Origin: an uncultured Bacilli bacterium
GTDB taxonomy: Bacteria > Bacillota_I > Bacilli_A > RF39 > UBA660
DNA length: 64,000 nucleotides
Direction: 5' to 3'
NCBI GenBank assembly: GCA_947628965.1
Contig: CANRBV010000001.1
Location: forward strand, 41,225 to 105,224
In this document: positions 20,281-28,877 of the stretch, piece by piece
How the letters are laid out: every line of letters begins with the position of its first letter
Numbering within the stretch: position 1 is the first letter of the stretch
The notes under the pieces: generated by a model
Database searches by the model: none
Seen by the model: the letters and a program-made list of their open reading frames with translations, nothing else
What the model was told of the DNA's origin: nothing
Made by a program: the position numbers and the translations under genes

Positions 20281-22560
20281 TTATCGTAAAGCCTCTACGG
20301 GATCTTTCTTACTTGCTAATTTGGCAGGAATCATTCCTCCAATTAAAGTAAGTCCTACGCTAGAAAGTATTAAAATAAGAGCGTGCAAAGGATTTAACAA
20401 AGCAATATTTTTTAATTTTGTTAAATGATAAAAAATGGAATTTATCGGTATTAAAAGTAATTTAGTTATTAAAATTCCTAAAATACCCGAAGAAAACCCA
20501 ATTAAAAAGGCTTCTGCGTTAAAAACTCTGGCTATATCTTTTTTTCTTGCTCCTAAACTTTTTAAAATGCCAATTTCATTGGTTCTTTCCAAAACCGAAA
20601 TGTACATGATAATACTGATCATAATGGAAGAAACAAATAAACTAATAGCACTAAATGCCACTAAAACAATCGTTATTGCATTCATAATATTTTGCAAGAC
20701 CGAAGATAGTGCTTTAGCTTCATCCTTATAAATAATTTGGTTTTCACTCTTCTTTCCATCGTTATAACGATCTAAATAATTCACTATTTTTTCTTTTGAT
20801 GTAAAATCTTTTGGATAGATTTGAATTGTATGTGGAATGGATTCATCCCCTAGAAAAGCTAAAGTTTGTTTTTTTAAAATTTGCCCTTCTTCATTTGCAA
20901 TATTGTAAGTTTCTCCTGTTAAAACGTTATACTCTTTGTTTTGTTGGTCTTTTACAATAGCAGAGTCTTTATTCTTAAGCATGATATAAAATGGTAAATC
21001 ATTCATATAGTAAAGTCCTGCCGTATCTACATAATCTTTATATTCTTCTTTTAAACGAATAATTCCTACCACTTTTAATGTAAGTGTATCTTTATTATCA
21101 TAAAGAGAATCTAAATTAGGATTGATTCTATAAAAGTCGCCATCTTTTTGATAATATTGATCATTAAATACTAGTTTTAAAGTACTTTCTAATATATGTT
21201 CAAAAGATATGGTTTCTTCAGACCCTAATCCTAAAGCATGGATTATATCTTCTTGAACCTGATTTTTGCTATCAACAACCAAAAGAAGTTCATCTTTTAC
21301 TTTGGCCATACGTCCTGCTAATATATCATATTTTTCACTTAAAAAACCTTCATTTTCTTCTTTTAAACTTTTAGGAAAACTTTCTAGAATGCTCGCATCA
21401 ATCGGTATTACTTTATCATCTATTTTATTAATTACATTTAATCTTGTATAATAAGAATAACTAATACCACTTATTATGGTCGGATTTATTTTTTCAAGGT
21501 ATGTTAAAAATTCTTTGTTTATATGATTTTGTTCCTTTATTACTTCTTTTGGTTTTTCTTTTTTTATTGCATAATCAATAGTTGGATACTCTTCAAACTC
21601 TTGAGTAGTTTCTTCTTGGCTCGATCTTGCCTCTATTTGATTTTGAATCACAATTGGCATTGCAGCCATTGTATTTTGTTCCAATACTTTTAGTTGACGA
21701 TTAAACCCATTTGATAGACTTAGGATTAAAGCAATTCCAATAATCCCAATACTGGAGGCAAAACTTATGGCAAAGGTTCGACCTTTTTTGGTTCGAATAT
21801 TATGAAAACTCAAATAAAGAGCTGATAAAAAATTCATTGAAGTTTTTTTAAATTTATCTTTTTTTGGTTCTTCTTCTAATTCTAATACTGGATTTGAATC
21901 ACTTATAATTTTTCCATCACACATCCTAATTACCCGCGTTGCATAATTCTGAGCTAGCTCTTTATTATGCGTAACCATAATCACTAACTTGTCCTTTGCA
22001 ATTTCCTTTATAAGGTTCATAATTTGAATTGAAGTTGTGGTATCTAAAGCCCCTGTCGGCTCATCAGCCAAAATAATGTCAGGATTACATACAAGTGCTC
22101 TTGCAATAGCTACTCTTTGCATTTGTCCTCCAGATAATTCTTTTGGTTTTTTGTGTATGTGTTCTTTTAAGCCAACTTTTTCTAACATTTCTTTTGCTAC
22201 ATGTCTTCTTTTTTTAAAAGAAATTCCTCTTAAAGCCAATCCCATTTCTACATTGTTTAAAATACTTATATGGTGAATTAAATGATAACTTTGAAAAATA
22301 AAACCAATGCAATGATTTCGATAAGAATCCCAATCACAAGTTTTAAATTTTTTAGTAGACTTATTATGAATAAGTAAATCTCCTGTATCGTAGTGATCTA
22401 ATCCGCCAATTATATTTAAAAGGGTTGTTTTGCCACTTCCACTTGGTCCTAATATTGCAACAAATTCATGACTTCGAAATTTTAATTGAACATTCTTTAA
22501 TGCAACTTGTTTAAAATTTCCTGTTTTATAACTCTTCGTAATATTTTTTAATTCTAACAT
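20281..22560 (-). CDS. Fused ABC transporter ATP-binding/permease protein (MacB/FtsX-like)
   Basis: Walker A GPSGSGKTT; LSGGQ signature; Walker B ILADEPT; C-terminal FtsX-type permease helices. Confidence 0.9.
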   Translation of the reverse strand: MLELKNITKSYKTGNFKQVALKNVQLKFRSHEFVAILGPSGSGKTTLLNIIGGLDHYDTGDLLIHNKSTKKFKTCDWDSYRNHCIGFIFQSYHLIHHISILNNVEMGLALRGISFKKRRHVAKEMLEKVGLKEHIHKKPKELSGGQMQRVAIARALVCNPDIILADEPTGALDTTTSIQIMNLIKEIAKDKLVIMVTHNKELAQNYATRVIRMCDGKIISDSNPVLELEEEPKKDKFKKTSMNFLSALYLSFHNIRTKKGRTFAISFASSIGIIGIALILSLSNGFNRQLKVLEQNTMAAMPIVIQNQIEARSSQEETTQEFEEYPTIDYAIKKEKPKEVIKEQNHINKEFLTYLEKINPTIISGISYSYYTRLNVINKIDDKVIPIDASILESFPKSLKEENEGFLSEKYDILAGRMAKVKDELLLVVDSKNQVQEDIIHALGLGSEETISFEHILESTLKLVFNDQYYQKDGDFYRINPNLDSLYDNKDTLTLKVVGIIRLKEEYKDYVDTAGLYYMNDLPFYIMLKNKDSAIVKDQQNKEYNVLTGETYNIANEEGQILKKQTLAFLGDESIPHTIQIYPKDFTSKEKIVNYLDRYNDGKKSENQIIYKDEAKALSSVLQNIMNAITIVLVAFSAISLFVSSIMISIIMYISVLERTNEIGILKSLGARKKDIARVFNAEAFLIGFSSGILGILITKLLLIPINSIFYHLTKLKNIALLNPLHALILILSSVGLTLIGGMIPAKLASKKDPVEALR

Positions 22561-22740
22561 ATTTTCTCCTTATCTAAAAATATTTTTACTACATTAAAAC
22601 ATCTTTTTCTCTTTCTTTAAAAGGCACAATAACAGAAAAAAAGAGAAAAAGCAAATACCCAATTTGTTCAAAATAGGCACAAAAAAAGCAAATTCTTTGT
22701 AGAATTAATCTAATTCCTTAGAGAATTTGCTTAAAATAAG

Positions 22741-23640
22741 TTAAATTTTATTTTTTTTCTTCTTTTTAATAAGAAAATATCCACCAAGCACAAGAAGCAA
22801 AGCAACAGCAAAACTAATTAAAATGTATTTTAAATTAAAAGTTTTTGTTTCTTCTTGTTCATTTTCTTCAAGGATTTCATTTTTTTCATCTGTTTTGTTT
22901 TCTACTTCATCTTCTTTACTTACATCTGTTTCGTTTGTATTTGCATCATTATTTATAGTATTGTTGTTTTCAGTAGTAGTATTAGAACTTGCATTATTAT
23001 TAGTAGTAGTAGTACTTGTATTCTTATTCGTAGTACTCGTATTTTTATTTTCTTCTTTTTCTTTATCTTGTTCTTTATTTTTATCGGTACTAGAAGACTC
23101 CTCTTTAGAAGAAGTATCTTCCTCTTGGTTTTCACTACTATTTATTTTATAAGTAAAGTTGTTTTTTTCAACTTCAGGAGTAATTTCATGAGACTTCCAA
23201 GCATTATCTAATGTTGTTAAAGACCCACATTGAATCGTATAGGAGATATCTTTTTTACTAGAAGTATCAAATAGAATATTTCCTAGTACTAAATCTTTAT
23301 CGATATTTAATAAATTGTGACTTGTTCCTACGCCACCTGTTACTACAACAATATTTAATTCTTTTGTTTTATCATCATAAGAAGTTTTTGTAGTAAAATT
23401 ACTACTTGTTAGTTTGCTATCTAAATTCATTTTTTGAAAGTTGATATTTCCATCTACTTTTAACGTAATATCAAGTCCTCCAATAAAACCATCTTCAAAA
23501 TGTAAAACGGATTTTATATTTCCATTACCCTCTTCGTGAAAAGTTAACTTTGTTGCAGCGTTTACAGAAGAAAGAGAAAGAAATAAACTGAGTACCAAAG
23601 TGGTAACAATTTTTATAAATGTTCTTTTCATTCTCTTCAC
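22741..23640 (-). CDS. Secreted membrane-anchored surface protein: N-terminal beta-rich (possibly cohesin-like) module, S/T/N/E-rich linker, C-terminal TM anchor
   Basis: Signal peptide; about 150-aa beta-strand-type segment; low-complexity linker; C-terminal hydrophobic helix + KKKKKNKI tail; 4-nt overlap with the giant upstream gene. Confidence 0.6.
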   Translation of the reverse strand: MKRMKRTFIKIVTTLVLSLFLSLSSVNAATKLTFHEEGNGNIKSVLHFEDGFIGGLDITLKVDGNINFQKMNLDSKLTSSNFTTKTSYDDKTKELNIVVVTGGVGTSHNLLNIDKDLVLGNILFDTSSKKDISYTIQCGSLTTLDNAWKSHEITPEVEKNNFTYKINSSENQEEDTSSKEESSSTDKNKEQDKEKEENKNTSTTNKNTSTTTTNNNASSNTTTENNNTINNDANTNETDVSKEDEVENKTDEKNEILEENEQEETKTFNLKYILISFAVALLLVLGGYFLIKKKKKNKI

Positions 23641-26600
23641 CTCTTATTACTAATTTCCATTTGTTTTAACTTACTATATTCTTTTAAATCCTTTAGAACA
23701 ATTGATGTACTTGTTAATCGTTGTCCTTCATGCGTAATAGCATCATTTACACGATATAGATAAGCTCGAATACTGGTGCTAGACTTTCTCATTTTTTCGT
23801 ATTCTTCTTTACTCATAACATATAGCCACGTTCCATTTGCAACATCATAAACCGTATGATCACTATTTAATTCAGCAAAGATTAATTGATATCCGCCATA
23901 GACTTTTGCCTCATCATTACTATCTGCAATTAATACTGTATTAAACGCAGGGTTACCACGATAAGAACCTTCTATAACAACAGATCCAGCTGTAATTTTA
24001 CCATCTGGGTCGTTTTCACAACCACTTTCTAAATAACAATAATCACTTGTTAATACACCAATATTTGTAATATCGACATTATCTCCTGGAGGAGCAATCA
24101 CATCAATTTCTGCACCAGATAAAACATTATTACCATCAGATTCAATCTTAATATAATTTATATCATTATAAGTCCATAATTGACTTTCACTATCAGTATT
24201 TTGTCCCATGAAGTAAATGATTTCTTCTGGTTTTTCGCTTGTTAAAGTAAACGTACCTTTTCTTGCAAGATGCCAATCATTATCATTTCCTGTAGAACTT
24301 ACATATACTTTATATTTAGTAATTGTATTTTCATCTAGTTTATCATTTTCTACTAAGGCATGATACTTAATACCACTTACAGACATTCTATTATTTAAAT
24401 TTAATAAAACATAAGCATTTCCATTATCCACTGTAATACTTGGTTTATCACTGGTTTGATTTAAAGTTTTTACTTTTTCTGTGCCTTTAAATCCTGTTTC
24501 AATTTTACCATCAATTAAGTTGTTTACTTTTAATGTAGCATAATCCATTTCTTCGTTTTCATTATCGACAATTTCATTTGCTTCTTTTACATTTGAAGTA
24601 ATACTAAAGGCATCCTTTTTAACACTACCATCATGACTTATTTTTACTTCTTCTAAAGTAACTTCATTCGTTTTATGTAAATAATAATCATAAGCAACCA
24701 CACTATATGTATAAGCTCTATTATTTTCCGCTCCAACGTTGTCAACAAATTCATTCGTACCCTTTTCAACAAAGCCAATAGAAACACCATTACGAAGAAT
24801 TTCATAACCTAAAATCTTATCGTTGTCTTTATTAACATTAAACTCTAAAGTAACACGTTTATTTTGACTATCAGCATCTCTAATAGAAGATTCTAAAATA
24901 TTGGCACCTTCATTAATTCCAACACTTTGACGCAAAGCAAAACGTCTTGCTTGATCATTTAAGTAGTAAATCGCTCTTTTTTCTTTTGCATAGTTTAATT
25001 CTTGTAATTCTTCTTTTAAAGAGCTAGATGCTTTTAATCCCCAAATTTCAAAAAAGTTCGTTAAGTCTTTCTTGACAGCCATACAAGCATAAAGAATAGT
25101 TAAATCGTCTCTAGAATAATTTTTGGTATTCTTATATGTACGAGCAATTTTATTTATTTTTGCGTAAATTGAATTTTGATCTTCAAATGTTTTTTCATTA
25201 TCATAAGCAAGATGTAATTGCCAGTACATTCCTAACTGAACAAAAACATTTTGAGCTCTTCCCGTTGTATGGGAAGTTACTTTTTCATAAATTTTATCAT
25301 AACCATTGTTTTCTAAACGGGAAGGATCACTATCATTGCTTGTTTGAGCAAGCAAAGAATAAATATTATTCGTTACTTCTGCAAAAACAGTATCTTTTAA
25401 ATTGATTTGATGTCCAACTTCATGACTAATACCCCATCCAAAATAACCTGTTTTGGTATTACTATTGCGACTGGCTTGAACAAGGCCTGCAATTGAACCA
25501 TATTCAATGCCTATATGGTAACCTCCAGCATACATAAAAGCTCCATCAAACATTTGCATATAACGAACATTAATTCTCGCTTTTGGCATTTTATCCGTTT
25601 TTTCTGTTTGGTCTGTATCACTAAATCCTTTTTGACGATAGAATAGTTCCATCATTTCATCGAAGGCTTCCATAGATTCATATAAACGATTTGTTTTTTC
25701 TTCAATGGTTTTTTTATTTGATTTTAAAGCATCTTCTACAGCTACACTGGAAACGGACAACAAACCGTATTTTGTTACAATTTCTGTAGAGCCTAAAACA
25801 CTTTTTTGTTTATCAAAGCTTTTTCCGATAGATGCATAAGCACTTTCTAAAGTACTATTGTAATTTTCTAATTCTTTAATATATTTTTTTATTGCTGCTT
25901 TTTTATCTGTCTCATTTTCCAATAAGGTTGTATCAACCATTGGAATTTTAGTTCCTCCACTTACACGCACTTTTATTGGATTAGTAGTACTAGGTGTACT
26001 TGTATAGCGAATATAAACGCTTCCACCACGTTCATCAGTAGAAGAACCAATTTGTGGAACTGTAATAATATTTAAACCCTTATGTAAACTTTCCGTTGTA
26101 TAAGCTTTATTCCATTCACTTGCTTCAGCATGGTATTGAGTAAATATCACTTGGGCATTAATTGCCCCATTACTTCCAACATAAACATTGATTGTCTCTC
26201 CAGGTCTAGCAACAATTCCTAAAGGTTGATAATCACTAATCGTCATTGCAAATTTAACATGACCATTATACGAATTGGAAATGTTTGGATTTAGAGTAAT
26301 AACATCATCAATATGTTCATCATTTAATATTTTCTCCGCATAATCCAAATCTGCAAGTACGCTATCTTTATAAGGAGAATACTCTCCATTATCTTGTTCA
26401 TTTGCTCTTTTTCTTAATTCATTAATTTGCTTTTGATCTACGCCCTCTGCTAGGACAAGACGAAGATCGTCTGTAAATAAGGCAGCAACATCGTCCACTA
26501 ATGAATCGTAATGATAAAATTTTACTTCATCAATTTTAATATCACGAACATTTCCAGCAACAGTTAATCCAAATGCTACCGCTTTAGCAGTAATTGGATT

Positions 26601-28808
26601 TTCTAATTTTAATACATAGTATTTACGTCCCTTTTCATCTTGTTTTGAAAGAAGGGTTCCTTTTACTTCTTTACGCTCTGTATTGTCATAAATCTCTTGG
26701 TTAGACTCCCAATAATGCAATTTAACATCATTGCTATTTGGTCCACCAGATTTTAAAGAAGCCGCATAATTATCTGGAACTGTTAAGACAAATTCATCCA
26801 TTTGATAGGCATTATCTAAAACAATCACTGGGGTTCCTAAGTTGTAAGCACCATTTGCTGAAATTTGCCAATCATTATGATACCAATAAGTGTCATAATG
26901 GTCATCAACAATCGCAAATTTATTATCATTCGTCATGGTTCCCGTATGATAGAATACGTTTTCAATATGATCAGTTTTCTTATTTTTTTGATCATAACCA
27001 CTATTAATTAATTTATATTTTGGTACAATTGCAGCACCTGCTTCTTTCGTAGTTGCTTTTACTAAAGTATAACTATCACTTTCTCCTAAGTCATTTACTC
27101 CAAGTACATAAGCTTCATATTCAGTATCAGCTTTTAACCCACGTACAGAATAACTATTTGTCGAAATAGATTCTACAACAGAATAAACAGCCGTTCCAAC
27201 TTCACGATAATATAATTTATAAGATTTGGTATCGTCCATTTTTTTCCAACTAAAGTCTATTCCTCCATAGGTAGGAGTTGCAACCACCATATCTACTTTT
27301 GGTGGTTTTCTTGTTGCTTGTGGAGTTCCTTCGTGAGCATCACTCCAACCACTACGCCATTCTTGATTTACAGATTGAACGTATATATAATATGTTTCAT
27401 AATTTTTTAAATCTTCAATTGTAAAGGTTGTAAAAGTAGTTTGGAAAATAACTCCACTTTCCATTTTAGGCCCTACAATCTTAATTTCATAACCTGTTAC
27501 ATTTGGTACATCGTGAAAAGTAATAGTTAGTTGTTCACTTTTTGTATCATCAACATGAATATTTTGAGGAACATAAAATCCATCTGGTTCTTTTGTTTTT
27601 GTTTTAACATTATTTAAAAATTCTACTTTTGCTATATCTGCTAAAGTATTTGAAGAAGTTTCGGTAATTATAATAGTTACTTTTTTAACAGCAACTTGTT
27701 TTCCTAAGTCTACTTTAATTGTCCCTTCACTTGCTTCGTCTGTAAATAAATGTACTTCATTTAAACCTTGTAAAGTATCATCTACTTCATATTCAAGAGT
27801 TTCATTATCCTCTGTTAAAACGAGTAATTTCATTTTTTTAGGAATATTTTCTTCTCCTATTCCAATTCTAATTTCACTCATTTCAACAGTTTCACTATTA
27901 GAATTTTTTCCTAAATCAAGTGCAAACTCAATTGGATTATCTATAGAAATAGCTTCTTCATTTGCAGATTTTAAAGTTACAATTCCTGTATCACTAAATA
28001 AATCACTTAAATTACTTTCCTCACTAATTGTTGTTCCATTTGCTACTTCTAAAGACACATTTTCATTATTCATGATAAGACTTGTATTTTCAATTTTAGC
28101 ACTTTCTTTTTTAGAATTTAAAATTGCTGTTATGTAATTTAAATCTGCAATATCAACAACTCCATCTAAATTTAGATCATTTTTCGTGTCATTATTTTTA
28201 ATAGATTCCATTAAAATCTCTTCATCTTTTTTATTTACTTGATTGTCTTGATTTACATCACCAATTTCAAACATTCCAGCTTCATTAGATAAACTTATTC
28301 TTTTAGAAAAATCATCTAAAGTAACATCTACGCTATAGGTTACAAAATGGTTCCCGCTAAGTTCTAAAGTATACTTTCCTGTATTTAGTGAATATAAATT
28401 CATACTATAGTAAACTATATTTTCACTAGTAACGTCTCCTGATAAAACAAAACCATTCGTATTTCGTTTTGTAATTAAAGAACGGATAGTTTGTGTACCT
28501 AATTTAATAGAAGTTTCTAAAATACCATCTTTAGCGTTTTTCATTTCATTTAATGAAATAGAGGCTTTGTTATTATTTTCATCAATAATGGATAAAGCAA
28601 TATTTGTTTCTTCTCTATTTCGAAAAGGAAGAGCTAAATGAAGTTCTACTTCTATATTCCCTTTTTCTTGTATATCTCCTAAAGCAATACTACGAGTTTC
28701 TTCCCTTGTTTCCATTGCCAAAACAATTAAAGGTGAAAAATTATAAAAAAGCATTGCCCATATTAATAAGATTGATACTAGTTTATTTAAAATTTTCATA
28801 CTAACCAC
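23637..28808 (-). CDS. Giant secreted multidomain protein (1723 aa) with dockerin-like Ca-binding repeats, FN3-like modules and an M60-like/enhancin-type HExxH zinc-peptidase domain
   Basis: Signal peptide; GDVNQDNQVN...DLNLDGVVDIADL dockerin repeats; GWGISHEVGHQ zinc-binding motif. Confidence 0.7.
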   Translation of the reverse strand: MVSMKILNKLVSILLIWAMLFYNFSPLIVLAMETREETRSIALGDIQEKGNIEVELHLALPFRNREETNIALSIIDENNNKASISLNEMKNAKDGILETSIKLGTQTIRSLITKRNTNGFVLSGDVTSENIVYYSMNLYSLNTGKYTLELSGNHFVTYSVDVTLDDFSKRISLSNEAGMFEIGDVNQDNQVNKKDEEILMESIKNNDTKNDLNLDGVVDIADLNYITAILNSKKESAKIENTSLIMNNENVSLEVANGTTISEESNLSDLFSDTGIVTLKSANEEAISIDNPIEFALDLGKNSNSETVEMSEIRIGIGEENIPKKMKLLVLTEDNETLEYEVDDTLQGLNEVHLFTDEASEGTIKVDLGKQVAVKKVTIIITETSSNTLADIAKVEFLNNVKTKTKEPDGFYVPQNIHVDDTKSEQLTITFHDVPNVTGYEIKIVGPKMESGVIFQTTFTTFTIEDLKNYETYYIYVQSVNQEWRSGWSDAHEGTPQATRKPPKVDMVVATPTYGGIDFSWKKMDDTKSYKLYYREVGTAVYSVVESISTNSYSVRGLKADTEYEAYVLGVNDLGESDSYTLVKATTKEAGAAIVPKYKLINSGYDQKNKKTDHIENVFYHTGTMTNDNKFAIVDDHYDTYWYHNDWQISANGAYNLGTPVIVLDNAYQMDEFVLTVPDNYAASLKSGGPNSNDVKLHYWESNQEIYDNTERKEVKGTLLSKQDEKGRKYYVLKLENPITAKAVAFGLTVAGNVRDIKIDEVKFYHYDSLVDDVAALFTDDLRLVLAEGVDQKQINELRKRANEQDNGEYSPYKDSVLADLDYAEKILNDEHIDDVITLNPNISNSYNGHVKFAMTISDYQPLGIVARPGETINVYVGSNGAINAQVIFTQYHAEASEWNKAYTTESLHKGLNIITVPQIGSSTDERGGSVYIRYTSTPSTTNPIKVRVSGGTKIPMVDTTLLENETDKKAAIKKYIKELENYNSTLESAYASIGKSFDKQKSVLGSTEIVTKYGLLSVSSVAVEDALKSNKKTIEEKTNRLYESMEAFDEMMELFYRQKGFSDTDQTEKTDKMPKARINVRYMQMFDGAFMYAGGYHIGIEYGSIAGLVQASRNSNTKTGYFGWGISHEVGHQINLKDTVFAEVTNNIYSLLAQTSNDSDPSRLENNGYDKIYEKVTSHTTGRAQNVFVQLGMYWQLHLAYDNEKTFEDQNSIYAKINKIARTYKNTKNYSRDDLTILYACMAVKKDLTNFFEIWGLKASSSLKEELQELNYAKEKRAIYYLNDQARRFALRQSVGINEGANILESSIRDADSQNKRVTLEFNVNKDNDKILGYEILRNGVSIGFVEKGTNEFVDNVGAENNRAYTYSVVAYDYYLHKTNEVTLEEVKISHDGSVKKDAFSITSNVKEANEIVDNENEEMDYATLKVNNLIDGKIETGFKGTEKVKTLNQTSDKPSITVDNGNAYVLLNLNNRMSVSGIKYHALVENDKLDENTITKYKVYVSSTGNDNDWHLARKGTFTLTSEKPEEIIYFMGQNTDSESQLWTYNDINYIKIESDGNNVLSGAEIDVIAPPGDNVDITNIGVLTSDYCYLESGCENDPDGKITAGSVVIEGSYRGNPAFNTVLIADSNDEAKVYGGYQLIFAELNSDHTVYDVANGTWLYVMSKEEYEKMRKSSTSIRAYLYRVNDAITHEGQRLTSTSIVLKDLKEYSKLKQMEISNKR

Positions 28809-28877
28809 CTGTTAATATTATATAGTATGACCTAAATTCTGACAATAGACTTTTAAACTTTATGAAAAATTTTTTTA

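Noticed and set aside
22823-23211. Three + strand ORFs (109, 118, 60 aa) opposite the surface-protein gene
   Set aside because: They lie in a low-complexity S/T/N/E-rich coding region of the 299-aa gene with F/L/I-rich nonsense composition typical of antisense frames in AT-rich DNA.
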